In this document: positions 22,189 to 32,180 of the stretch, one piece after another
How the letters are laid out: the number at the start of each line of letters is the position of its first letter
Numbering within the stretch: position 1 is the stretch's first letter
Assembly: GCA_963719495.1 (NCBI GenBank)
Contig: CAVRCI010000003.1
Span: forward strand, 149,833 to 213,832
Length of the DNA: 64,000 nucleotides
Origin: an uncultured Verrucomicrobiae bacterium
GTDB taxonomy: Bacteria > Verrucomicrobiota > Verrucomicrobiia > Chthoniobacterales > JAATET01
Direction: 5' to 3'
Made by a program: the position numbers and the translations under genes
The notes under the pieces: generated by a model
The model's database searches: none
The model's input: the letters and a program-made list of their open reading frames with translations, nothing else
What the model was told of the DNA's origin: nothing

Positions 22189-23223
22189 TCAGTCCGTCGC
22201 TTCCCCGTCGAACGCGCTCCGAAGAAACGCCGCCACCTCACCTTCCACCTTCCCGGCCTCCGGACTCAACCAGACCAGCCGCCCGGCGTCCGCGAGCTCC
22301 AACGCCTCAGCCTCGGGTGCGCCGTCGAGAATGGGTGCCGGATCGGTCCATTCGCTGGCCCCGATCTCCGATCCGGTCACGACCAGAATCGGCAGATCCA
22401 ACTCCGAATAATCCATTTCGGCCTGCGCGCTCACCAGCAGCAGATCGTTCCGCGTCCCGCTCTCGCGCTTTTCCAGCGGGCCGATCGAAAGCACGAGGTC
22501 TTGAAAAAATTCCAGCCGCCCCGCGTCGTCCACCACGCTCCGGGCCACCTCCGACCGCCGGTCCTCACCCAGATCCGTGTCCCACTTCAGCGCCGCCGAA
22601 ACGAGACTCTCCGTCGAACGATCCGCCAGCACCGACACCCACCACGTCCCCATGTCACCCGTCATCCCCTGCAAAATCTGGTCCTCCAACAATTCGTCGG
22701 TCTTCGGCCGCTGGTAGATGTCCCGCTGAACCCGGGTGATCGGCGAAACCAACGCCAGCGCCACCGTCTCGCCGGGATATCCGGCGGCGAATTCCAAAGC
22801 CACGTTCGCGCCGACCGACACCCCCAGGATGGCCACGCGTTCGACCTCGAGTTTTTCCAGCAGAGCGGCCATGACGTCCGCCTGCTCCGGCAACAAAATC
22901 CCGTTCTCGAGCGGCGTCCGCAAATACCCCGGCCGCGAAGGCGCAATCACGCGGAACCCAGCCGCCACCAGCGACCGCCCCAGGAGCTGTCCCTGATCGT
23001 ATCCACCCGGCGCCCCGTGCAGGACCAGCACCGCCGGCCCGCTGCCCTCGTCGACGTATTCCACCGGACCCATCCGCGTCTCGACGACCTGACTTCCCGC
23101 CTCGAGCGCCGCGACCCGATCTTTCTTCCAACCCGTGAAAATTAGAATCACGATCCCGGCCGCGACCAGCCCCAGGACCCCCAGGCCCAGCAAAATCCGC
23201 CCGATCCAACGCATCATCCTCAT
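22189..23223 (-). CDS. membrane-anchored alpha/beta hydrolase
   Basis: LHGAPGG, SRPGYLRT and GVSVG nucleophile elbow. Confidence 0.85.
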   Translation of the reverse strand: MRMMRWIGRILLGLGVLGLVAAGIVILIFTGWKKDRVAALEAGSQVVETRMGPVEYVDEGSGPAVLVLHGAPGGYDQGQLLGRSLVAAGFRVIAPSRPGYLRTPLENGILLPEQADVMAALLEKLEVERVAILGVSVGANVALEFAAGYPGETVALALVSPITRVQRDIYQRPKTDELLEDQILQGMTGDMGTWWVSVLADRSTESLVSAALKWDTDLGEDRRSEVARSVVDDAGRLEFFQDLVLSIGPLEKRESGTRNDLLLVSAQAEMDYSELDLPILVVTGSEIGASEWTDPAPILDGAPEAEALELADAGRLVWLSPEAGKVEGEVAAFLRSAFDGEATD

Positions 23224-23289
23224 CGCCGCGACACTACCCAGATTGCCGCCGGGCGCGAAACCCGAAAGCGACCCAAGCAGCCGCCCCGC

Positions 23290-24138
23290 CTACCGCTCGG
23301 CGACACCCGCGCGATACTGGATGTAGGAAGTCCGCGCCGCGATGTATCGGTCCAGCGCGTTCTCGGTCGCGGCGTCCAGCGTCGCCAACGAACCCGGCAA
23401 AGCCTGCAGCGTATTGACCGCCGGGAAAACGATCGGCCAGCTCGGCGGACAGAAAAACTCGAACCCGCAATAGATGAAGCTCACCCAATTCACCGGATTC
23501 AGCGCGTAGTCTCCCGCGTAACCCACCGTATCCCGCACACTGCTCGGCCCCAGGATCGGCAGCACGAGGTAAGGTCCGTGACCGATGCCCCACTTGGCAA
23601 AAGTCTGACCCGTATCCGCCGGCGGGATGTCCGCCAATGCCGGGAACCGATCCGCCGCCCTCATGAATCCCGCAACACCCAAAGTGCTGTTCACGAGAAA
23701 TTTGCCGGTCTCCCTGCCGGCCCGACCGAATTTCCCCTGCAACGAGTGGTTCACCACGCGGACCGGGAATTTCACGTTTTCGAACGCATTCGTCAGACCC
23801 GTCCGGGCAAACTCGGGCACCGCGTATTCGTAGCCGGTCGAAACCGGCCGAAGGATCACCGTGTAAATCCCGTCGTTCAGCATGAACGTCGCCCGATTCA
23901 GCGGCTCGAGCGGATCGGACACCACCGCCGCATCGTATTCCTCCAGATCATCGAATCCCCCCAGCTCGTCCAGCTCCGACGCGTTCGTCGCGACCGTCCG
24001 CTCCTCGACGACCGGCTCGCCAACGCTCGCAGCCCCCTCGACTTCGACCGGCTCCGGCTTCGTCGACGAGCAAGCGGTGAGAAAAACGATCGTCGCGAGG
24101 GCGATCAGTGGAGAAAAGTCGGTGGAGCGGGTTTTCAT
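23290..24138 (-). CDS. mlaA: MlaA/VacJ lipoprotein
   Basis: Lipobox FLTAC, DPLEPLNR, DTGQT...WG, GPYLVLPILGPSSVRD. Confidence 0.9.
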   Translation of the reverse strand: MKTRSTDFSPLIALATIVFLTACSSTKPEPVEVEGAASVGEPVVEERTVATNASELDELGGFDDLEEYDAAVVSDPLEPLNRATFMLNDGIYTVILRPVSTGYEYAVPEFARTGLTNAFENVKFPVRVVNHSLQGKFGRAGRETGKFLVNSTLGVAGFMRAADRFPALADIPPADTGQTFAKWGIGHGPYLVLPILGPSSVRDTVGYAGDYALNPVNWVSFIYCGFEFFCPPSWPIVFPAVNTLQALPGSLATLDAATENALDRYIAARTSYIQYRAGVAER

Positions 24139-24722
24139 CAGTTTTTGGCTACGGATTGGTTGAGGGCATTGATGACCGCGACGGCGCCACCTTTTTTGAA
24201 CTGCGAGTCGAGTTGAGTCCGGTAATTCGCGATCAGGCTCACGCCCTCGATCACGACGTCCGTGATCATCCAATCGTTCCCTCGCTCGAGCCGATAGACG
24301 ACGCTGTATTTGCTACCGCGATAGAGGAGTTTCGTCGACACCTCGACGCGACCCGCCGCCGGCTCGACCGCCTTGCCGTATTCGATCACCGGCTGCTCAC
24401 CCGGCGTGAGCTTCGAGCTGTAGGTCCGAATGATCAGCGTCGTGAAAAGCTCCGTCGCTTCCTTGCGCTGACCCTCGGAAAACTGCCGCCAACCCGGCCC
24501 CACGGCGCGCCGTGTCATCGCCTCGAAGCTGATGTATTTCGTAAGCACCGGCCGAAGACTTTTCTCCATCCCGGCCGCGTTCGACGATTTCGAGGCCACC
24601 TTCAGAGCGGCGTCCACCGCGGAGTGGAGTCGCTTGTCGGCCTCCGCCGTGGCACCGAAAGACGTGGCGGCGTGGAAGGTTGCGGTGACGACTGCGAGGG
24701 CGAGAAGGGCTCGGGTGTTCAT
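24138..24722 (-). CDS. mlaC: MlaC phospholipid shuttle
   Basis: Signal peptide, DVVIEGVSLIANYRTQ; position in the mla operon. Confidence 0.9.
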   Translation of the reverse strand: MNTRALLALAVVTATFHAATSFGATAEADKRLHSAVDAALKVASKSSNAAGMEKSLRPVLTKYISFEAMTRRAVGPGWRQFSEGQRKEATELFTTLIIRTYSSKLTPGEQPVIEYGKAVEPAAGRVEVSTKLLYRGSKYSVVYRLERGNDWMITDVVIEGVSLIANYRTQLDSQFKKGGAVAVINALNQSVAKN

Positions 24723-25207
24723 GGTGTTTGCGTGGAAGGGGGTGGTTCTTCGGACTCGGTGTCGACGCCGCCGAAGGCCATCTTGCCGATCAAGGATTCC
24801 AAGTCGACGGACGATTCCGTCATCGTGATCCGGTTGCCGGATTCCAGGTAGGTCTCGTCCGCACCGGGCGCGAGCGCGACGTATTTGTCACCGATCAGAC
24901 CCGTCGTTTTGATCGACGCCATCGTGTCGGTCGGAAGCTGGAGCGTCGAACGCACCCGAATTTTGGCGATCGCACTGTAATCCTGTGGGTCGATCTCGAT
25001 CTCGTCGACGCGGCCCACCGCCACGCCGGCCAGCAGGACGCTGCTGCCACGATTGAGACCTCCGGCGTTCGCGAACCGCGCTTCGAGCGGGTAGGTGTCG
25101 CCGCCGACGAGCGCGCCGGAGCCCGCTTTGATCGCCAAATAAACGAGCGCAACGATCCCGAGCAGCACGAAAAGGCCCACGAAGAGTTCGAGTCGGGATT
25201 GTTTCAT
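24719..25207 (-). CDS. mlaD: MlaD (MCE) protein
   Basis: VGLFV, GVAVGRV, TTGLIGDKYV, DLESLIGK. Confidence 0.92.
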   Translation of the reverse strand: MKQSRLELFVGLFVLLGIVALVYLAIKAGSGALVGGDTYPLEARFANAGGLNRGSSVLLAGVAVGRVDEIEIDPQDYSAIAKIRVRSTLQLPTDTMASIKTTGLIGDKYVALAPGADETYLESGNRITMTESSVDLESLIGKMAFGGVDTESEEPPPSTQTP

Positions 25208-26019
25208 AAATTTCGGGCCGCAGTGTCTTCCGACTTCCGCAGGGAAGCAAGGGTGCTGCCAAGCGCGTCCGCGCTGTCCCGGAAATCGCACACCACCGGG
25301 TGCGCGGATGCGGAAAACTCGGCCGACGTCCCCTCGAAGCACATTTCTCCACCGTTTAGCAGCGCCACCCGGTCGCTGGCGATCAAAGCCTCGACCAAAT
25401 CGTGGGTCACCACCAACGCCGTGAACCCAAACTGCCCCTGATACTTCGCGATCATTTCGAAGACCGCGTTCCGCCGCAGCGGATCCAATCCAGCCGTCGG
25501 CTCGTCGAAAAAAACCAACTCCGGCCGCGTGACGATCGCCCGCGCCAGCGCCAGCCGCTTCTGCATTCCGCCGGAAATCTGCCCGGGGTAATGGTCGGCG
25601 TGCTCGTCCAGCTCGAGCTGCCGCAGCGCCTCGACGCTCCGCTCGTGAATCTCGTCCTTCGGCACGTCGGTCGTCTGCTCCAGCGGCAGCGCCACGTTTT
25701 CCAACGCCGTCAACGAGTCGAACAACGCGTTGCTCTGAAACAAAAAACTGCACCGCCTCCGGAAGTTCCGCCGCGTCACCGCGTTCCCAATCCCCAACTG
25801 CCGACCATCGAACCAAATCTCGCCCCCGTCTGGCCGCTCGATCCCGGCCAGGCATTTGAGAAAGACCGATTTCCCCGCGCCACTCGGCCCGATCACGCTG
25901 AAAAGACTCCCGCGATTCACGGCGACGTTCACGCCCTTCAGCACCTCGCGGCCCGCGAAGCTCTTCCGCAAACCCTCGATCCGCAGCAGCGGATCCGCCT
26001 TCTCGGTCACCTCGCTCAT
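25204..26019 (-). CDS. mlaF: MlaF ABC ATP-binding protein
   Basis: GPSGAGKS, ISGGMQKR, DEPTAGLDP. Confidence 0.92.
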   Translation of the reverse strand: MSEVTEKADPLLRIEGLRKSFAGREVLKGVNVAVNRGSLFSVIGPSGAGKSVFLKCLAGIERPDGGEIWFDGRQLGIGNAVTRRNFRRRCSFLFQSNALFDSLTALENVALPLEQTTDVPKDEIHERSVEALRQLELDEHADHYPGQISGGMQKRLALARAIVTRPELVFFDEPTAGLDPLRRNAVFEMIAKYQGQFGFTALVVTHDLVEALIASDRVALLNGGEMCFEGTSAEFSASAHPVVCDFRDSADALGSTLASLRKSEDTAARNL

Positions 26020-26843
26020 CAGACTAGAAACGAGGTAATCGCGTAATCCGCCGCCAGCACCAGAATGCTCGAATGCACCACCGCCCGCGTCGACGAAGCG
26101 CTCACCGCCCGCGCCCCCGTCGCCGACCGGCACCGGTGGGCGTTGAAACCGTGAAACGCGCAAACGCTGATCGTTAAAATCCCAAACGCCGCCGCCTTGA
26201 TGAAGCATTCCCGCACGTCCGCCGCGCCCACCGCCCGCTCCACCGCCGACCAGTAAACCCCCGGCTCCACCCCCAACAAAAGCGACCCGGAAAGACTCCC
26301 ACCCCACAGCCCCACCCCCACGAACAACGCCGTCTGCAGCGGAAACGTCACCAACGACGCGATCAACCGCGGAGCCACCAGATACCCGTGGCTGCTCGCG
26401 CCCATCGTCTCCAACGCCACGATCTGCTCCGTATTGCGCTGAATCCCCAACTCCGCCGCCAAGGCCGACCCCGCCTGCCCCACCAGCATCAAAGCCGCCA
26501 GCACCGGTGCCATTTCCCGCACCAAACTCAGCGACACCAGCGCGCCCAGCAACCCATCCGACCCGAAGCGATTCAGCACGTAGTAACCCTGCAACCCCAG
26601 CACCAACCCCGTAAACGTTCCCACGATGAGAATGACCGGCAGGCACAGCCAACCCTGCTCGTAAATCGCCCGCGCCACCCGCCGCCCCAGCCGTCGCGAT
26701 CCCACGGCCGCCCGGAACGAACGCCCCGTGAAGACGGCGTAATCGCCCAACTCACCCACCACGCCGAGGGCCTCTCTACCAAGGAAACGCAACACTCCGT
26801 GGAATAAGGGCGAGAAACCAATTTTCCACAAGTCCGAAGCCAA
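26019..26843 (-). CDS. mlaE: MlaE permease
   Basis: REMAPVLAALM, GSALAAELG, EQIVALETMG, ASSTRAVV. Confidence 0.92.
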   Translation of the reverse strand: MASDLWKIGFSPLFHGVLRFLGREALGVVGELGDYAVFTGRSFRAAVGSRRLGRRVARAIYEQGWLCLPVILIVGTFTGLVLGLQGYYVLNRFGSDGLLGALVSLSLVREMAPVLAALMLVGQAGSALAAELGIQRNTEQIVALETMGASSHGYLVAPRLIASLVTFPLQTALFVGVGLWGGSLSGSLLLGVEPGVYWSAVERAVGAADVRECFIKAAAFGILTISVCAFHGFNAHRCRSATGARAVSASSTRAVVHSSILVLAADYAITSFLV

Positions 26844-26922
26844 TGCGGTGAGTGTGATTGCGAAAAAGGTCGAAGGGGGCGAGACGAGTATGGCACTATT
26901 ATAAGCGGATCGTCGGCACGAC

Positions 26923-27013
26923 TGTAGCGGCGGTCTGTGACCGCCGGAGCCGTCAAACTCGGGTGCGCAAACCCAGCGAGATGGTTGGCGGCGGTCACAG
27001 ACGCGCCGCTACA
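26923..27013. repeat. GTAG-type REP-like inverted pair
   Basis: TGTAGCGGCGGTCTGTGACCGCC ... GGCGGTCACAGACGCGCCGCTACA. Confidence 0.75.
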
Positions 27014-27381
27014 ACTTCGCGCTCACCCCACCAACACCGCCAGCGTTGATCGAAAAGACCCCGGTCGCCGATGATCTCACGCGGGACGGCCTCCAAGCCG
27101 TCTTCACCGCCTTGCGCTCTTCACCGAAAATCGGCTTAAAACAGTGCCATTCGGGCGAGACGGAGAAAGTGGAACACCGGAGATTGAAGGCGGCTGGCGC
27201 GGCGCGACCAGCCCCACCCAGTAGGGGGTAGGGAACGTCGCGCCGCGCGTTCCCTCGCTTTCTCTGCCCACTTTCGCAATCACACCCCAATGCGGAATGC
27301 GATCCGCTCAAACTCCGATTCTCGACAGTTCCGCCCAGCTCAACCTAATCTTCCGAGAACGCACGATCAGCCAGTATTGCC

Positions 27382-28785
27382 ATGAAAACGATCCTCGCTA
27401 TTCTCCTCCCCTTGGTCCTCGTCGCCTCCTCCGCCCGAGCGCAGGTCATTTTCGCCGCGCCCGCCAACGGCGGCATCGGACTCTTCCAGCAGGAAAACGG
27501 GGCCGTCACCCCTCTCGATACCGGTTTTTCCGAGCACAATTTCCCATCCGTCTCGGGCAACAGCCAGTTCGTCGTCTTCTCCAGCCCCGACCCCGTCACA
27601 CCTGCGCTCCAAGTCCCCCCCAGCTCCGACGTCTACGCCTTCGACCGCACCACCGGTCGGACCCGCCGGATCATCGACACGAACACGACGGTCGTCTCCC
27701 CCGGCGAAGTGCAGGTCTTTCGCCCCGTCTCCGCGGCCTTCTCGCCCGATAACACCATTCTCGCTTACGGGTTGGAACTCAGCCGCCGCTCGGGGAACAG
27801 CCCCAACGGCGCTGGTCGGGTTCTCATCGTGGCGTCAGCAGCGACCGGCGCGCAGATCAATTCCCCCACCGACGCCCGCGGCGGGGCCGTGTCCGACGAT
27901 CTCCGCCTCGAATTCGTCGGTCTTTCCTGGGCCGCCAGCGGGACCTCCTTCGTGACGCCGGTCTACGTCAATGCCGTCACCCAATCCGGGAACCCCACCC
28001 AACTGCCCGCCATTGTCCGCTGCACCCGCAATCCCGCCGACGGCCTCTGGTCCTTCACCGATATTCTTTCCACTCCCTTTTACAACGACGGCCAATTCCC
28101 GCCCTCAGCCTCCCTCCAGATCTACCCCGCCCTCTCACCCTCCGGAGCCGGCCTCGCCTACTTCGACCTTTTCTTCCCGGACGTCCTCGGCGGCAGCCAG
28201 CCCGCCACCGCCCGACTCATCGTCGCCAACTCGAACGGCGCCAACGCCTCGATCGTCCGGACCTTTCCCGCCGGACAATTCCCCGCCGGCCTCACCTGGT
28301 CGCGCGACGGCCTCCGCCTCACCTACTCCATCGCCGACCAAGTCCGAAGCGGGACCGGCTTCTTCGCCCAAGCCGATCCCTCGACGGCCGTCATCCAGGA
28401 GATCCCCACCAACGGCGGAACCGCCACGTCGGTCGCCGGCGTCGGTGCCGGCCTCTTCCCCTCCTCCCCCGTCGTCCCACTTCTCCCCCTCTTCGTTCCC
28501 GACACCCGTCGCCCAGCCCTCTCCATCCGCGGACGGAAAACCATCGAGACCCTCCGCAAACGCGTCGTCATCCGCGGCACCGCCCGCGACGCCTCCGGCA
28601 TCGCCGACATCGATGTGAAAGCCCGGGGGGCCAAGGCTACGAAGGTCAAAATCCTCAGCCGCAACCGATTCAAGATCGTCCTCAAGGTCAACCGCGACAG
28701 TGGGCGCGTCATCGTGAAACTCCGCGCCGTCGACAGCGCCGGGAATCGCTCGAAGCCGGCAAAACTCCGGATCCTCCGGCGTTAA
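27382..28785 (+). CDS. secreted TolB-like beta-propeller protein with basic C-terminal Ig-like module
   Basis: Signal peptide; repeats such as FSPDN, WAASG, LSPSG, WSRDG; C-terminal ...LRAVDSAGNRS...ILRR. Confidence 0.7.
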   Translation: MKTILAILLPLVLVASSARAQVIFAAPANGGIGLFQQENGAVTPLDTGFSEHNFPSVSGNSQFVVFSSPDPVTPALQVPPSSDVYAFDRTTGRTRRIIDTNTTVVSPGEVQVFRPVSAAFSPDNTILAYGLELSRRSGNSPNGAGRVLIVASAATGAQINSPTDARGGAVSDDLRLEFVGLSWAASGTSFVTPVYVNAVTQSGNPTQLPAIVRCTRNPADGLWSFTDILSTPFYNDGQFPPSASLQIYPALSPSGAGLAYFDLFFPDVLGGSQPATARLIVANSNGANASIVRTFPAGQFPAGLTWSRDGLRLTYSIADQVRSGTGFFAQADPSTAVIQEIPTNGGTATSVAGVGAGLFPSSPVVPLLPLFVPDTRRPALSIRGRKTIETLRKRVVIRGTARDASGIADIDVKARGAKATKVKILSRNRFKIVLKVNRDSGRVIVKLRAVDSAGNRSKPAKLRILRR

Positions 28786-29504
28786 TCGCGTCGGTCCGCG
28801 ATCCGACGCGGGTGCTCCCGCGCCTGCGCCATCCGGAACCCCACGATCTGCGCCACCACCACGGCGATGTAAAACTGCCCAAAAGTCGCCTCGAACCACG
28901 CGAAAGTCGCCGCCACGTGGCTCACCGGCGTCACGTCCCCGTAGCCCAACGTCGTCAGCGTCACGAAGCTGAAATAATTGAACAATGCCTGCCGTGCGTG
29001 CCGACTCCCCAGGTCCACCGCCATTTCCGTGTTGATCGAAAACGACCCCGGATTCCACAGATCACAAGCCTGATACAGACTCGACCACGCCAATCCCAGC
29101 AGGACGTAACTGCACAGCGCCCCGATCACGTCATCCGCCCGCACCGCCCGCCGCTCCACGATGCTGTGCAGGATCACCCCCGCCGCGTAACCGTAGAAGA
29201 CGAGCGTGCTCACGTGGTAGATCAACTCGAACGGCAACTCCTCGACCGCATCGAACCAAACCGACCGCACGACCACCGCCACGAATCCCGGAACCAGCAA
29301 CCCAATCGAAATCAACCGCTCCCGCCGCGTGTCGAAGACAAACAACAACACCGCCAGCGCGATCAAAGTAGCCAGCGCGTCGTAAGCAGCCCACCCCGCC
29401 CGCACCTCGTGGGCAATCGGCTGCACCAGCATCGCCCCAATCAAAGTAGCCAGCAAAGCGACGTGCCGCTTCGGCCATCCGTAAATCCGCCGCAACAACC
29501 CCAT
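28782..29504 (-). CDS. potassium/ion channel family protein
   Basis: YFSFVTLTTLGYGD pore motif and several TM helices. Confidence 0.88.
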   Translation of the reverse strand: MGLLRRIYGWPKRHVALLATLIGAMLVQPIAHEVRAGWAAYDALATLIALAVLLFVFDTRRERLISIGLLVPGFVAVVVRSVWFDAVEELPFELIYHVSTLVFYGYAAGVILHSIVERRAVRADDVIGALCSYVLLGLAWSSLYQACDLWNPGSFSINTEMAVDLGSRHARQALFNYFSFVTLTTLGYGDVTPVSHVAATFAWFEATFGQFYIAVVVAQIVGFRMAQAREHPRRIADRRD

Positions 29505-29555
29505 CAGATCACCCCATCACATCCGTGTTCATCCTCACCCATCCGTGGTCCGTAT

Positions 29556-30944
29556 TCAGTCAACGACCCGCACCTCCACATCCCCATCCGCAAACCGAGT
29601 CACCAGCCGCTCGCCACCCGTCACCTCGGCCCGCCGCCGCACCACCCGCCCATCCGCGTCCAACGTCATCGTGAACCCGCGCTCCAGCGTCGCCCGTGGA
29701 CTCAACACCGCCAGCAGACCCCGCGCCGTTTCCACCCGCCGCCGCTCGTCCCCGACCCGCCGCTCGGCCAGCTCCCGCACACGCTTCCCGACCTCCACCA
29801 GCCGTCCCCTCGCCACCGCCAGCGCCACGTCCGGTCGCCGCGCCCTCAGGATTGCCTCGGCGTGCCCCACCCGCTCTTTCCGCCACCGCAATCCACCCTC
29901 CACCGTCGCCCGCAGCGCCTCGCCCAGCCCATCCACGCTCTGCCGCCGCTCCCGCAGCACCCGCTCCGGCACCCGATACAACCCGGCCCGCACCAGCCCA
30001 TCCAACCGCGACCGCGCGAACCGCACCGCCTCCCCCAGCTCCCGCCGCAACCGCCCCGCCAGCACCTCCACCGTCCGCCGCAACTCCGCCCCGTCCGGCA
30101 CGATCAACTCCGCCGCCGCGCTCGGCGTCGGCGCCCGCAAATCCGCCACGAAATCCGCGATCGAAAAATCCACTTCGTGCCCCACCGCGCTCACCACCGG
30201 CACCGCCGACTCCGCGATCGCCCGCGCCACCACCTCCTCGTTGAACTCCCACAAATCCTCCAGACTCCCCCCTCCCCGCGTCACCACCACCACGTCCACC
30301 TCCGGCAGCAACCCCTCGATCGAAAAATCCCGCACCGCCGCCGCGATCTCCGCCGCCGCCCCCCGGCCCTGCACCCGCACCGGATGCACCAGCACCTCCA
30401 CCCCCGGCATCCGCCGCGTCAGCACGTTCAGAAAATCCCGCACCGCCGCCCCCGTCGGCGACGTCACCACCCCGATCCGCCTCGGAAACGCCGGCAAATC
30501 CCGCTTCCGCTCCGCATCGAACATCCCCTCGTCCGCCAACCTCGCCTTCAACGCCTCGAACTTCGCCTGCAACTCCCCCACCCCCGCCGCCCGCACCCGC
30601 CGCACGATCAGTTGATACTGACCCCGAGCCTCGTAAACCGTCAGCTCGCCGAAGACCTGCACCGCCTCCCCATCCCCCAACTTCCCAATCCGCCGGCTCG
30701 CTCCCGCGAACAACACGCACGACAGCTGACTCCCCGCATCCTTCAACGTGAAATACTGGTGCCCGGACGACTGCTTGCGGTGATTCGACACCTCCCCCTC
30801 GACCCAAACCTCCCCGATCTCGCCTTCCAGCACCTCCCGCACCGCGCGCGTCAGTTCCCCTACGCCAAAAACCCGCGGCTCTTCCGGCTCAGCCACCACG
30901 TCCACCTTCTTGGGAGCGTCCCCAAAACTCATATCAAGCTGCAT
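29556..30944 (-). CDS. xseA: exodeoxyribonuclease VII large subunit
   Basis: SGHQYFTLKD, RGGGSLEDLW, SAVGHEVD, APTPSAAAE. Confidence 0.96.
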   Translation of the reverse strand: MQLDMSFGDAPKKVDVVAEPEEPRVFGVGELTRAVREVLEGEIGEVWVEGEVSNHRKQSSGHQYFTLKDAGSQLSCVLFAGASRRIGKLGDGEAVQVFGELTVYEARGQYQLIVRRVRAAGVGELQAKFEALKARLADEGMFDAERKRDLPAFPRRIGVVTSPTGAAVRDFLNVLTRRMPGVEVLVHPVRVQGRGAAAEIAAAVRDFSIEGLLPEVDVVVVTRGGGSLEDLWEFNEEVVARAIAESAVPVVSAVGHEVDFSIADFVADLRAPTPSAAAELIVPDGAELRRTVEVLAGRLRRELGEAVRFARSRLDGLVRAGLYRVPERVLRERRQSVDGLGEALRATVEGGLRWRKERVGHAEAILRARRPDVALAVARGRLVEVGKRVRELAERRVGDERRRVETARGLLAVLSPRATLERGFTMTLDADGRVVRRRAEVTGGERLVTRFADGDVEVRVVD

Positions 30945-30947
30945 CCC

Positions 30948-31781
30948 TCAATCCTCCCCCTCACGCCCTCCCGACGTCTCCCCCTCTTCATCGTCATCCC
31001 CATCCTCCTCGATCGACCGCCGCCACGCCTTCCCCACGAACGGCCGCACGAAGCCGTAAATCAGATAAAGCACGAACAGGATCGCCGGCATCCATTCGTA
31101 GTTCATCGCGCTGAAAACCAGCACCACGATCAAAATCAAAAACGCCGGAATCGACCGCTGCGTCCGCCAATTGATCGACTTGAAACTCGGATACCGCACT
31201 CCGCTGAACATCAACACCGACAAAAAAACCATCAGCGGCGGCAGCAGAAACTTCCAGTTTCCGATCTCCCGCTGCCCATCCTCCATCCACAGCATGAACA
31301 GCGTCAGCGACGCGATCACCCCCGCCGCCGCCGGAATCGGAAACCCCCGAAATTCCTTGTTCGCCTCCTGCGAATTTACCGCCGCCACGCAATTGAACCG
31401 AGCCAGCCGCAACGTCCCGCACAGCAGATAAAAGAACGCGATCACCCAACCCGTCCGCGTGAACTCCTGCAGCACGATGTCGAAGACCAGCAGCGCCGGA
31501 GCCACGCCGAACGACACCACGTCCGCCAGCGAGTCGAATTCCCGCCCAAACGGACTCTCGTTCCCCCCCAATCGAGCCACCCGCCCGTCCAAAAGATCGA
31601 ACACGCACGCCCCCAGAATGAACGCAATCGCCTCGTGATACTTCCCACTGGCCAGCGCCTCGCCATTGCTCAGCAACGTCCCCTCGATAATCCGCAACAC
31701 CGCCGCAAACCCGCAGAACAGATTCCCCGCCGTCATCAAATTCGGCAGCAGATAAATCTTCGGCTCGTTCGGATCCCGCAT
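30948..31781 (-). CDS. pssA: CDP-diacylglycerol-serine O-phosphatidyltransferase
   Basis: LPNLMT, DLLDGRVAR, FDSLADVVSFGVAP, LRLARFN. Confidence 0.92.
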   Translation of the reverse strand: MRDPNEPKIYLLPNLMTAGNLFCGFAAVLRIIEGTLLSNGEALASGKYHEAIAFILGACVFDLLDGRVARLGGNESPFGREFDSLADVVSFGVAPALLVFDIVLQEFTRTGWVIAFFYLLCGTLRLARFNCVAAVNSQEANKEFRGFPIPAAAGVIASLTLFMLWMEDGQREIGNWKFLLPPLMVFLSVLMFSGVRYPSFKSINWRTQRSIPAFLILIVVLVFSAMNYEWMPAILFVLYLIYGFVRPFVGKAWRRSIEEDGDDDEEGETSGGREGED

Positions 31782-32036
31782 CGCCAAAGAAAATCACACC
31801 CCACCAAAACTGTGGAGCAACAAAACCAAAGCGCCGCAGCCGCCATCGTCCCAACCTGTCATGCCGAGGACCACGAACGCGCAACCAAGTCAAGAAGGCG
31901 CGGATGACAAGGCGGCGCCAGCCGACCCCATCGGGAATTCGGAGGGAGAGGCTCTGCCGAGCCGCGGCCTTCTCGTTAAATTCCGCATCCCAGATAACGT
32001 CATAGTCAGCAAAACGTCCCAACGCCAACCGCCCCA

Positions 32037-32074
32037 CTGCAAAACTCCGATGCGGCCGCATCGGAGTTTTGCAG
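32037..32074. repeat. perfect 38-bp palindrome
   Basis: CTGCAAAACTCCGATGCGG|CCGCATCGGAGTTTTGCAG with no spacer. Confidence 0.9.
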
Positions 32075-32180
32075 CCAAGGGTCCACTCGGGACGCCTCGA
32101 CCCTTTCTGTCGATCCACTCCCTAGATCCACCACAAGCCACTCGCCACCCATCCCGCCATCCGCTTTGATCCACCGGACC

